A stretch of DNA of 32,000 nt from Dokdonella sp. (lineage in GTDB: Bacteria; Pseudomonadota; Gammaproteobacteria; Xanthomonadales; Rhodanobacteraceae). The notes under the pieces are model-generated. The model saw nothing but the letters and a program-made list of their open reading frames with translations, ran no database searches and was not told where the DNA came from. This document shows positions 1-8,457 of the stretch, piece after piece. The stretch is taken from NCBI GenBank assembly GCA_040002595.1, contig JBDUED010000002.1, positions 32,465-64,464 of the forward strand. Direction: 5' to 3'. A program made the translations under genes and the position numbers. Within the stretch, counting starts at the first letter, position 1, and each line of letters opens with the position of its first letter.

Positions 1-1851
1 GGTCGATTTCTGGCTCGGAAAAAGGCCGTCTTCCAGTCCGACCAGGAACACAGTCGGAAACTCCAGTCCCTTGGCCGAATGCAAGGTCATCAGTTGCACG
101 CAGTCCTGCCACGCTTCGCCCTGGCCTTCGCCGGCCTCGAGCGCGGCGTGTGACAGGAATGCCGCCAGTTCGGAAAGACCCGCTTCAAAATCCTCCGGTG
201 TGCGCCGGAAGCGGCTTGCGACATTGACCAGTTCGTCCAGGTTCTCGACGCGCGACTCCGCACTGCCACGACTGTCCTTTTCGTAGAAATCGCGCAAGGC
301 AGAACGCGCGAGTGCATGCTCGATCTGTTCCGCCAATGCGAGCGGTTCATCCCGATTTTCTGCGCCTCCGTTGACAGCGTTATCTTCGGCGGTGAGGGGT
401 GGGGCGAGGGCGCGCTCTGGCGTCGCGCGAACCAGACATTCGTTCGCCAGGCCCTCGATCAGTTCCAGGAACGCGCGCAACGCATTCGTCGCGCGTCCCG
501 CCAGCGTGCCTGCACCCAGTTCGCCCAGTACCGCTTCCCACATCGACATGTCTTCGCGCCGCGCACGCTGGCGCAACAGATCGAGAGTGCGTCCGCCGAT
601 GCCGCGCGGCGGTGTGTTGACCGCGCGTTCGAACGCCGCGTCGTCGTGGCGATTCGCGACCAGACGCAGATACGCCAGCGCATCCTTGATCTCGGCACGA
701 TCGAAATAGCGCAGGCCTCCGTAAATGCGATACGGAACCTTGTGCTGAATCAACTGTTCTTCGAAATTGCGTGATTGCGCGTTCGAGCGATACAGAATCG
801 CCGCATCCGACGGCTTCGCGCCCGTGCGCAAGGCCGCGCGAATGCGCTCGATCACGTAGCGCGCTTCGTCCTGCTCGTTGTAGGCCGCGTAGAGTTCGAT
901 CGCGCCGCCGGCATCGTCTGCGGTCCACAACTGCTTGCCGAGCCGATCGGGATTGTGCGCGATCACTGCATTCGCTGCGGCGAGGATGTTGCCGGTTGAG
1001 CGATAGTTTTGCTCCAGGCGAATGGTTTTTGCGCTCGGGAAATCGCGCAGGAAATGCTGCACGTTCTCGACCCGCGCACCGCGCCAACCGTAGATCGCTT
1101 GATCGTCGTCGCCGACCACGAACACGTGTCCGCTTGAACCTGCCAACACACGAATCCACGCGTACTGCAGCGTGTTGGTATCCTGAAATTCGTCGATCAA
1201 CAGGTGCTGAAATCGCTCGCGATAATGCGCGAGCAGGGCGTCGTCGCGCAGCCACAACTCGTGCGCACGCAACAACAGTTCGGCGAAGTCCACAAGTCCG
1301 GCACGCTGGCACGCCGCTTCGTATGCGCGATACACATCGATCAGCACGCGGCTGGTCTGGTTGTAGCCAGCGTCGAGAGCATCCGGACGCTTGCCCTCAT
1401 CCTTCGCGCTGTTGATGAACCAGGTTGCCTGGCGCGGCGGACAGTGCGCCTCGTCGAGGCCAAGTCCCTGAATCGTGCGCTTGACCAGGCGCTGCTGGTC
1501 GTCCGCATCGAGAATCTGGAATGTTTCGGGCAAGCGGGCCTCGCGCCAGTGGCGCCGCAGCAACCGATGCGCAATGCCGTGAAAGGTGCCGATGGTAAGC
1601 CCGCGTGCGCCACCGTCGATCAGCGCTTCGGTGCGTCCGCGCATCTCGCCGGCCGCCTTGTTGGTGAAGGTGACCGCAAGCACCGACCATGGCGAGACGC
1701 CCTCGACCTGCAACAGCCAGCCAATGCGATGGGTGAGCACGCGTGTCTTGCCAGAACCCGCACCCGCGAGCACGAGGTAGTGTCCCGCTGGCGCGGTGAC
1801 CGCTTCGCGTTGCGAATCGTTGAGGCCGTCGAGAAGGTGGGAAACATCCAT
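1..1851 (-). CDS. uvrD: DNA helicase II UvrD (SF1 ATP-dependent helicase), first 617 codons; the 3' end lies beyond the left window edge
   Basis: Absent from the supplied ORF track because the frame is still open at base 1. Hand translation of the minus strand from ATG (complement of 1849-1851) gives MDVSHLLDGLNDSQREAVTAPAGHYLVLAGAGSGKTRVLTHRIGWLL... It contains Walker A GAGSGKT, LIDEFQDTN, EQNYRST and LMTLHSAKGLEFP in canonical UvrD/Rep order. The last codons read ...PSQKST at bases 1-3. Confidence 0.95.
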   Translation of the reverse strand, partial: MDVSHLLDGLNDSQREAVTAPAGHYLVLAGAGSGKTRVLTHRIGWLLQVEGVSPWSVLAVTFTNKAAGEMRGRTEALIDGGARGLTIGTFHGIAHRLLRRHWREARLPETFQILDADDQQRLVKRTIQGLGLDEAHCPPRQATWFINSAKDEGKRPDALDAGYNQTSRVLIDVYRAYEAACQRAGLVDFAELLLRAHELWLRDDALLAHYRERFQHLLIDEFQDTNTLQYAWIRVLAGSSGHVFVVGDDDQAIYGWRGARVENVQHFLRDFPSAKTIRLEQNYRSTGNILAAANAVIAHNPDRLGKQLWTADDAGGAIELYAAYNEQDEARYVIERIRAALRTGAKPSDAAILYRSNAQSRNFEEQLIQHKVPYRIYGGLRYFDRAEIKDALAYLRLVANRHDDAAFERAVNTPPRGIGGRTLDLLRQRARREDMSMWEAVLGELGAGTLAGRATNALRAFLELIEGLANECLVRATPERALAPPLTAEDNAVNGGAENRDEPLALAEQIEHALARSALRDFYEKDSRGSAESRVENLDELVNVASRFRRTPEDFEAGLSELAAFLSHAALEAGEGQGEAWQDCVQLMTLHSAKGLEFPTVFLVGLEDGLFPSQKST

Positions 1852-2093
1852 CGGGGGATTGTAGCGGGCACCCCTTGCAGATCATCGACGGAAAAACCCT
1901 TGCGCGTGACATCCGCGCGGAAAACTCATTGCATTCGCAGGCCCGGTGGATTGCAGCGTTTGGGCTGTTGCGACCCGTTGATCCCCGATCGTTTCCACTG
2001 TTTTGCGATGTCCTGCAATCCTTTGACATGGCGTGGAGGCGCGTATGGTCACGGATCGGCTGCTGCTCTCCTATTGAACCGGAGGGCGGTCAC

Positions 2094-2765
2094 GTGCAGC
2101 ATTCGAGGTTCAATGCAGCACAGCGAGCGGCACAACCCGTGACAACCCCTCCCAAATCCAAACCCCTTTCCATGATCCGCGAATTCCATCTGGCGGACTG
2201 GTTCACGCTCGGCAACGCGGTCTGCGGTACCGGCGCGCTTTTCTCGGCAATGACGTTTCTGGCCAGTGGTGCTGTCGTGCACGTCTACTTTGCTGCGGCC
2301 TTGGTTTTCACGGCGCTGGTGTTCGACGTGCTCGACGGACGCATTGCACGCTGGCGGCAGACGAGTTCGGCGATGGGGCGCGAGCTCGATTCGTTGGCAG
2401 ATGTCATTTCCTTCGGCGTCGCACCTGCGATCCTCGGCTACGCCTGCGGCATGAGCGGGCTGTACGATCGTGTGCTGCTGGCATATTTCGTCGCCTGCGG
2501 CGTGTCGCGACTGGCTCGCTACAACGTCACAGCGGAGACGTTTGCCGAGCAGACCGGCAAGGTGACGTACTTCGAGGGCACGCCGATTCCCACCTCGTTC
2601 GTGCTGGTCCTGCTGCTCGCAGCTGCCGCGTATTATGGTGCCGTGGGTTCAAACCTGTGGCTTGGGAAGATCCTGCTTGCAGGGGGCGTCCTGCATCCGC
2701 TGACGCTGTGCTTCGGTGTCTCGGGCTCGCTCATGATCAGCCGCATCCGGATTCCAAAGCCCTGA
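2094..2765 (+). CDS. pssA: CDP-alcohol phosphatidyltransferase family protein, probably CDP-diacylglycerol--serine O-phosphatidyltransferase
   Basis: Part of ORF 1875..2765. The signature D-G-x2-A-R-x8-G-x3-D-x3-D is present as DVLDGRIARWRQTSSAMGRELDSLADVISF, and the protein is polytopic and hydrophobic. The start is placed at GTG 2094 because GGAGG (2081-2085) lies 8 nt upstream. ATG 2172 (MIREFHL...) is an alternative. The 5' part of the track ORF (TTG 1875) looks non-coding. Confidence 0.75.
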   Translation: MQHSRFNAAQRAAQPVTTPPKSKPLSMIREFHLADWFTLGNAVCGTGALFSAMTFLASGAVVHVYFAAALVFTALVFDVLDGRIARWRQTSSAMGRELDSLADVISFGVAPAILGYACGMSGLYDRVLLAYFVACGVSRLARYNVTAETFAEQTGKVTYFEGTPIPTSFVLVLLLAAAAYYGAVGSNLWLGKILLAGGVLHPLTLCFGVSGSLMISRIRIPKP

Positions 2766-2891
2766 TCAAGGGCGAAGCGCCGGGGGCCGGCAGCGCCACA
2801 GCGCGAACGTTTTCCGGCGCGCCGCATCTTCGACATTGCCGGCAGGTCACGCCCGGGTCAGCGTCTGCCGCCCGTTCAGGTCGATCGTCCG

Positions 2892-4631
2892 ATGCTATCG
2901 CTACAGACCCTTTCCGCCCGGGAGAGGATCACCGGACCGATTGGCGCATTCCTCATGAGCGAACATCACGGCGGCCTTGCCCGCACCGCACAAATCGTGC
3001 ACTTCCTGCTGAAGTACCGCAACGCCGGCATATTCGGCGGACTTGATCTCGACACGACGATAACGCCGGCCGAACCACCGCCGGCCGAAGGCAAGCCGGA
3101 AGAATTCGTCGCCGACCTCGAAGCACTCGGACCGACCTTCGTGAAGATTGGCCAAGCGCTGTCGACGCGCGCGGACATGGTGCCGCCGGCGTACCTCAGT
3201 GCGCTTGAACGGATGCAGGATCATGTTGCGGCGCTTGATTTTTCCATCGTGCGCGAGGTGGTCGAGGCGCAGCTCGGAGTGCGCATCAGCAAGGCATTCG
3301 CGACATTCGACGAGAAGCCGCTGGGTTGCGCATCGCTGGCGCAGGTGCATCGCGCAAGCCTGCGCGACGGCCGCGAGGTAGCGGTGAAAGTGCAGCGTCC
3401 CGGCATGGTCGAGCAGATCAGCGCGGACCTCGAAGCGCTCGCCTCGCTTGCGGCCAAGGTCGACGTCGGCACCGAGATCGGTCGACACATGCATTTCAGC
3501 GACTGGGTGCGGGAGATGCGTCGCACCTTGCTGGCGGAACTGGACTACACCGTGGAAGCGGAAAACCTCGAACGCTTTGGCGAGCACTTTGCGGAATATC
3601 CCGAGCTCATCGTGCCGGCACCGGTCTGGAGTCTGACCGCGACGCGCGTGCTGACAATGGACCTGGTACGCGGAACCAAGGTCACCGCGCTGGGCGGCGT
3701 GTTACGCACCGAACAGAAACTGGATTCGCTCGCAGCGGCGCTGATGCGGGGCTATCTCGACCAGGTGTTCGTGCATGGCGAGATCCACGCCGATCCACAT
3801 CCGGGCAATCTGCTGGTGACCGACGACGGACGTTTGGCGATCTTCGATCTCGGCATGGTCGCGCACGTACCACCCAAGCGGCGCGACCAATTGTTGAAAC
3901 TGCTGTTTGCCTCGGTCGATGGACGCGGCGAAGAGGTCGCGCGCGAGGCGATAGCGATGGGCACACGCCTGGAAGATTTCGAGAGCGAGCGTTACGAGCG
4001 CGAGATCGGCCAATTGGTCGCGCGCTACGCGGCACATTCCGGATCGCAATCGGTGTCGGAAGGACGCCTCATGCTCGACCTCACACGCATCGGCACGGCG
4101 TGCAACCTTCGTTCTCCGCCGGAACTGAACCTGCTCGGCAAGACCCTGCTCAATCTGGAAAGCGTGTGCAAGGCGCTCGATCCGGAGCTGGACGTCAAAC
4201 GCATAGTCGAGGCACACCTCGAACACGTGATGCGTGGACGCTTGCGTCGCATGTTCTCGCCGGCCGGACTTGCCGGCGACATGATCGAACTGCAAAGCCT
4301 CGTGCGCGAAGCACCGCGCAAGGTCAGTGATGTTCTGTCGCTGTTGTCGGAGAACCGGTTGAAGGTCTGCGTCACCGGATTGGAGGAAATGCACTTGATA
4401 GAGTGCCTGCAGAGGATCGCCAACCGGATCGCAACCGGCTTGATCGTTGCCGCGTTGATGATTGCTTCGGCGCTGCTGATGCGCGTGGACACCGGCGCGC
4501 GGCTGTTCGGCTATCCGGCGTTGGCAATGGCGATGTTTCTGATCGGTGCGGTGCTTGGCCTCACGATCGTAGTCAGCGCGATCATTGGCGATCGCAAAGC
4601 CAAACCGCGCGAAGAACCCGGATTGCGCTGA
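2892..4631 (+). CDS. ABC1/AarF/UbiB-family atypical protein kinase with two C-terminal transmembrane helices
   Basis: ORF 2892..4631. Family motifs present: FVKIGQALSTRADMVPPAY, ASLAQVHRA, VAVKVQRPG, HADPHPGNLL and IFDLG. The C-terminus is hydrophobic (GLIVAALMIASALLM..., AMAMFLIGAVLGLTIVVSAII). It is not in a ubiE-ubiJ-ubiB context, so I call it a paralog rather than ubiB itself. An alternative start is ATG 2955 (MSEHHGG). Confidence 0.9.
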   Translation: MLSLQTLSARERITGPIGAFLMSEHHGGLARTAQIVHFLLKYRNAGIFGGLDLDTTITPAEPPPAEGKPEEFVADLEALGPTFVKIGQALSTRADMVPPAYLSALERMQDHVAALDFSIVREVVEAQLGVRISKAFATFDEKPLGCASLAQVHRASLRDGREVAVKVQRPGMVEQISADLEALASLAAKVDVGTEIGRHMHFSDWVREMRRTLLAELDYTVEAENLERFGEHFAEYPELIVPAPVWSLTATRVLTMDLVRGTKVTALGGVLRTEQKLDSLAAALMRGYLDQVFVHGEIHADPHPGNLLVTDDGRLAIFDLGMVAHVPPKRRDQLLKLLFASVDGRGEEVAREAIAMGTRLEDFESERYEREIGQLVARYAAHSGSQSVSEGRLMLDLTRIGTACNLRSPPELNLLGKTLLNLESVCKALDPELDVKRIVEAHLEHVMRGRLRRMFSPAGLAGDMIELQSLVREAPRKVSDVLSLLSENRLKVCVTGLEEMHLIECLQRIANRIATGLIVAALMIASALLMRVDTGARLFGYPALAMAMFLIGAVLGLTIVVSAIIGDRKAKPREEPGLR

Positions 4632-4724
4632 AGCGCGCAAACAGGGAAAACCTTGGGAGGGGCGGCAGCACCGATTCTTTTTCTGCAAGACTAGATGCAA
4701 GCGCATCGCGGCTGCCACCGCTTA

Positions 4725-4756
4725 CACAAAGCAAGGCCGCCTCCTGTCTTGCGGCC
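4725..4756 (-). terminator. Terminator-like hairpin downstream of the beta-propeller gene
   Basis: On the minus strand: GGCCGC-AAGACAGGAG-GCGGCC (plus coordinates 4735-4740 and 4751-4756), followed by TTGCTTTGTG. It lies about 60 nt after the stop at 4817 in a convergent intergenic region. The U-tract is interrupted, so function is uncertain. Confidence 0.4.
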
Positions 4757-4816
4757 CGCCGCCCGGGTGATCACCCTTCCCCATACGTGCAACAACTGTG
4801 TCGCGGGCATGGTCGC

Positions 4817-6238
4817 TTACGCATCGAATCCGTTGCGAAAGATCGTATCGTCGGGAATCGTGCTCGCGCGTCGATAACGCAGCAGGTGCACGCGGTTGTG
4901 GCTGAGAAAGTCGGGGCCGGAGGTGGCCACGACCGTAAAACTATCCGCCGAATCGACGACGATGCGATGGTAGCTGGTGCTCACCAGACCCAGCGGAAGT
5001 TGTCCGCCGGCGAGGAAGCCGCTGGCATACCCGCCATCGCTCATCCTCAACGCGATCAACTGCGCATCCGCGTCGTCGACGCCGACCTGATTGGTCAGCG
5101 ACGACATTACGGTGAGCACAATGCCGTCGCCCTCGAGCACGGCTGCGCCGCCACTACGCACATCGACGTTGCTGTAACCGACCGTGCAGCACGGGTCCAG
5201 CCAGCTGGAATCGAACGTACCATTGTCATTGAGTCGCTGGATGTATTCGCGCTGGCTGGTGCCCTGGTTGTTGGTCAAGGTCCAATCCATATTTACGACG
5301 ATGCGGCCGTTCGCCTGCACGGCGAGCCCGCGCACGTCGCAGCGGATATTGCCCGACGCCTGGGTGAAACTGTTGATGTAGGCGACACCAGCATTGCCGA
5401 AGCTGCCGTCGCGCTGGCCATCGCTGAGCAGGCGTACGACGATGCAGGCGCCGTCGTCGGTGTTGTTCAAGCCAAAGGTAACGCCACCACCGATCAGGAT
5501 GCGACCGAAAGAATCGTGCAGCACGGTGTTGGCGCGGGCACGGCGGGGCGGTGGAAAGACCGTGTACGGATTCGGATCGATCACTTGCTTGCCAGTTCCA
5601 TTGAAGGTGGAATCGAGACCGCACTGCGGCTGGATGCGCGCCACGCCGATGCGACTCTCGCCGCCACTGGTGGCGAGCGTGCCAACCATCACCTGACGAC
5701 CGCTGAAGTCCTGCGTCAACGCACCCATCACATCGTCGGGCGTTGGCGGTGTCAGGTTGAACGACACCGGCTGCAGATAGCCGCCGTTGCATCCGCTGTA
5801 GCCGGAACTGCCATCCGCCAGACTGCGTCTGATCTGAAAATCGAGATCGTTGGGGCTGGCATGGAAACTGGTGCCGAGCGCCACCGAGTTGTCCGCAGAA
5901 AGAACCATGCCGGCCAGATTCCACAGTCCGAACGTATACGGCGTGTACGGCCCGGCCCCCGGCTCCGCCGGCGTGACATAACCATTGGCGTTGAACCAGT
6001 TGACCGCCGCGACTTGGCTGGTGCCATCGCGAAGTTGGGCCGCCATCGCCCATTTCCCGTCAGGCAAGCGCACAGCCCATGCGTCAATCGCATTCCATTG
6101 ATATCCATTGCTGACCGGCCAGTCGTAAGTGGCGATACCGCCGCTGCCGAAGTACGGGTCGAGGACAAAGGTCTGCGCCAGCCCGGTCGAGCTGAGGAGT
6201 GCCAACAGCAGGCCGGCATATCGGGTAGTAGCGGTCAT
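4817..6238 (-). CDS. Secreted repeat protein, delta-60-repeat / beta-propeller-like, with a Sec signal peptide
   Basis: ORF 4817..6265. The start is moved to ATG 6238 (MTATTRYAGLLLALLSSTGLAQT...) because GGAG lies 9 nt upstream and this gives a canonical signal peptide with an A-x-A-type site (LAQ/T). Repeat heads recur at about residues 26, 208, 276, 338 and 400: LDPYFGSGG, LDSTFNGTG, RDGSFGNAG, DNGTFDSSW, SDGGYASGF. The last four are 62-68 residues apart. The C-terminus ends ...STIPDDTIFRNGFDA. Confidence 0.75.
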   Translation of the reverse strand: MTATTRYAGLLLALLSSTGLAQTFVLDPYFGSGGIATYDWPVSNGYQWNAIDAWAVRLPDGKWAMAAQLRDGTSQVAAVNWFNANGYVTPAEPGAGPYTPYTFGLWNLAGMVLSADNSVALGTSFHASPNDLDFQIRRSLADGSSGYSGCNGGYLQPVSFNLTPPTPDDVMGALTQDFSGRQVMVGTLATSGGESRIGVARIQPQCGLDSTFNGTGKQVIDPNPYTVFPPPRRARANTVLHDSFGRILIGGGVTFGLNNTDDGACIVVRLLSDGQRDGSFGNAGVAYINSFTQASGNIRCDVRGLAVQANGRIVVNMDWTLTNNQGTSQREYIQRLNDNGTFDSSWLDPCCTVGYSNVDVRSGGAAVLEGDGIVLTVMSSLTNQVGVDDADAQLIALRMSDGGYASGFLAGGQLPLGLVSTSYHRIVVDSADSFTVVATSGPDFLSHNRVHLLRYRRASTIPDDTIFRNGFDA

Positions 6239-6290
6239 TGACGTGCGCTCCAAGGCAAGGTTCACCTATATAGCTACGTCAGTGGGCGGC

Positions 6291-6315
6291 AAAACCCTTC
6301 ACGCCGGGAGAAGGC
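6291..6315 (-). terminator. Weak intrinsic-terminator-like hairpin after the small membrane protein gene
   Basis: On the minus strand: CCTTC-TCCCGGCGT-GAAGG followed by GTTTTGCC, starting about 8 nt after the stop at 6323. The stem is only 5 bp. Confidence 0.3.
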
Positions 6316-6322
6316 AATCGGT

Positions 6323-6538
6323 CTACTTGCGCGTCGCGCCCGCAATGACGAGGCCAAGACCGACCAGCACGCCGAGTCCGCCGAGCCACTGCGGCACCGA
6401 CTTTTCCTGTTTCACCGACGCGGACAGGCCGCCGATCTTCACGACTTCCTTGTCCTGGGTGAAATTGATTTTTCCGGTAAAGCCGGCAAAGCCGACTGCG
6501 ATGAGAAGGATGCCCGCGAGAATGAGTCCAATGCGCAT
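6323..6538 (-). CDS. Small membrane protein with two predicted TM helices (DUF3185-like architecture; family not verified)
   Basis: ORF 6323..6538, 71 aa: MRIGLILAGILLIAVGFAGF...WLGGLGVLVGLGLVIAGATRK. AGGAG lies 7 nt upstream of the ATG. It starts 52 nt downstream of the SDH-like gene with no intervening hairpin. Confidence 0.6.
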   Translation of the reverse strand: MRIGLILAGILLIAVGFAGFTGKINFTQDKEVVKIGGLSASVKQEKSVPQWLGGLGVLVGLGLVIAGATRK

Positions 6539-6590
6539 GGGTGAATCTCCTGAGTGGATGGTGAGGTAGCAACAAGTATGGCTGACGTTT

Positions 6591-7634
6591 TTACTGGATC
6601 ACGCTGACACCGGGCAATTGCAGGACATAGTCGGCACCCATTAACATCGAAGGTGTGTAGTAGCCGCCCACCGGTTTCACGTCCAGCACATGCGCCGCGA
6701 TGCCGAGCGCTGATTGCACCGTCAAGGCGTAGCCATTGGGCGCGTCGAGCTGCAGTCGCGCCTCGGCGCCGGCCGCGTTGCGTGCTTCCCCCCAGATCGT
6801 GCTGCGGGTTGCCTGGCGCCGCTTTTCGTCCGGCCCGGAGACGGCGCCAGCACGTGATTTGAGGAATGTCTGCACGGACGCCAGACCGAGCAGCGGTTTG
6901 AGATGACGCAGCCAGCGCATGCGGGCGATCGTCCGCGTCGGCAACGCCATGTAGGTTTCGATAGTCGGAATGCCGGTCGACACGAAAGCCGTATAGACGT
7001 CTCCCCACGGAATCGTCATCGCACTGCGCTGCACGCCATCGCGCTCGAACGAGCGCGTCTTCCATGCCAAAGGCACCTCCACAAGTTCGCCCGCAATCCG
7101 CACACGGCCGCCCATGGCGAGACCTTCCACACTGGTCTTTGCGGTGCCCGGACTGCTGCCGCCGCCGGCTTCAAACGCCAGCACGAGTTCGCTTGCATCG
7201 GGCAGTTGTTGTTTCAGCAGCGCCGCGACGCAATCGGTCGGCACCACGTCGAACCCGACGCCCGGCGCAATCACGATCCCTTGGCGGTGCGCCCGCGGCT
7301 GCGCGCGATGGCAGTGCGCGAACACATCGATCTCGCCGGTGATGTCGAGGTAATGAATCTTGCGTTCGAGACAGGCTTCGAGCAGGGGCGCGCAGGTTTG
7401 CGAGAACGGTCCGGCGCAATTGAGCAACAGATCGATGCCTTCAAGATTGCGTGCAATTTCAGCAGGATCGGAGAGCTCAAACACGCGTCGCGTCAGGGAA
7501 ATACGCTGCGCCAGCGCATCGAGTGCATCACGATTGCGTCCGCCAAGAATCGGTTTGAGGCCGCGTCGTGCGGCTTCTTCGGCAATCAATGTGCCGGTAT
7601 AGCCGTTCGCACCGTAGACCAGGAACGGATTCAT
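6591..7634 (-). CDS. Saccharopine dehydrogenase-like NAD(P)-binding oxidoreductase
   Basis: ORF 6591..7634. It has an N-terminal Rossmann motif (FLVYGANGYTGTLIAEEAARRG), and its length and overall sequence are typical of the saccharopine dehydrogenase NADP-binding family. Confidence 0.85.
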   Translation of the reverse strand: MNPFLVYGANGYTGTLIAEEAARRGLKPILGGRNRDALDALAQRISLTRRVFELSDPAEIARNLEGIDLLLNCAGPFSQTCAPLLEACLERKIHYLDITGEIDVFAHCHRAQPRAHRQGIVIAPGVGFDVVPTDCVAALLKQQLPDASELVLAFEAGGGSSPGTAKTSVEGLAMGGRVRIAGELVEVPLAWKTRSFERDGVQRSAMTIPWGDVYTAFVSTGIPTIETYMALPTRTIARMRWLRHLKPLLGLASVQTFLKSRAGAVSGPDEKRRQATRSTIWGEARNAAGAEARLQLDAPNGYALTVQSALGIAAHVLDVKPVGGYYTPSMLMGADYVLQLPGVSVIQ

Positions 7635-7662
7635 CGATGAACTCCTGTCGCAAGGACATCAT

Positions 7663-8379
7663 TCAGCGGGGCGCACGCGGTGTTGCATAAAGCTGCTCGG
7701 CGCGTTGAAACAGTACCCAGGAAGTCGCAATGTACTTGTCGATGCGTCTGGGCATGTTGCCACGATGCGTGTGGGTGAAACCGGCGGGCGCGATCAGCAG
7801 CGAACCGGTGCGCGGAACGATCTTGCGCTGCTGATAGTGGAATTCGGTTTCGCCCTCGTCGAAACCGTCATTGAGGTACACCGACCACAGCAGCACGCGA
7901 TGCAGGGTTTCACCGTTGTCGGCTTTCGGATACAGCTCGCAGTGCCAGTACGGGTAGCCGCCCTGATCGGCGTGGTATTTCTGCAGATTGATCGTGCCAG
8001 GTCGAAAACATTTGGTGACCAGCCCCTGCAGCAGATTGTCCGGCAGCGCCGCGACCCTCGCCGGATCGAGCAGCACCAATTCGCCGGTTGCTGGATCCGG
8101 CGTGCGCAGAGTCATCGGCGCGAGTGCGGCATAGGCGTATTTGCGCACGTACGTCATCACGCCACGCAGCATCGCTGTATTGAAGCGATTCTCGACATCC
8201 TTCCATTCCGGATGATCGGCGAGTGTGATGTCCCAGCTGTCCTTGAGACGCGTGTCGATGCCACCGCCAGTCGAGCCGCGCAGCGCCTGTCCGCTTGCGT
8301 TGAAGCGAGCAATCACGTCGCGGCAGAAGGACGCGTCAAGCGCGTCGTCGTAAACTTCAATGAAATCAGGAAGGGTCAT
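7663..8379 (-). CDS. 2-oxoglutarate/Fe(II)-dependent oxygenase family protein
   Basis: ORF 7663..8379. It has an HxD facial-triad candidate (YHADQGG) and a distal His region (GFTHTHRG) followed by basic residues, giving a double-stranded beta-helix-like layout. The stop is 28 nt upstream of the SDH-like start, suggesting an operon. Confidence 0.75.
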   Translation of the reverse strand: MTLPDFIEVYDDALDASFCRDVIARFNASGQALRGSTGGGIDTRLKDSWDITLADHPEWKDVENRFNTAMLRGVMTYVRKYAYAALAPMTLRTPDPATGELVLLDPARVAALPDNLLQGLVTKCFRPGTINLQKYHADQGGYPYWHCELYPKADNGETLHRVLLWSVYLNDGFDEGETEFHYQQRKIVPRTGSLLIAPAGFTHTHRGNMPRRIDKYIATSWVLFQRAEQLYATPRAPR

Positions 8380-8457
8380 GAATGTCCCGTTGCCGGTACG
8401 GCACCGCCGCGCCGCCGCTACCGTGCGAGCATCGCGGCAGCCGGCGCTCCCACAAAA

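Noticed and set aside
1852-2093. Search for a LexA/SOS box in the uvrD promoter region.
   Set aside because: No CTGT-N8-ACAG site and no TTAG-type Xanthomonad LexA palindrome was found by eye, so no claim is made.
71-2142. Track ORFs 380..1312(-), 771..1415(+), 1204..2142(+), 1397..2029(-) and several shorter ones.
   Set aside because: All overlap the uvrD coding frame in other frames or on the other strand. Their products are Arg/Ala/Pro-rich low-complexity sequence with no motifs. These are typical high-GC shadow ORFs.
4765-4776. 12-bp perfect palindrome GGGTGATCACCC in the convergent spacer.
   Set aside because: It is short with zero loop, so it cannot fold as a hairpin, and it occurs only once. 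It is plausibly chance in GC-rich DNA next to the terminator-like stem at 4735-4756.
4403-6241. 612-aa plus-strand ORF, the longest in the track for this region.
   Set aside because: It is antisense to the signal-peptide-bearing repeat protein (4817..6238). It has no start context and no recognisable domain, and its 5' end overlaps the ABC1 kinase gene out of frame.
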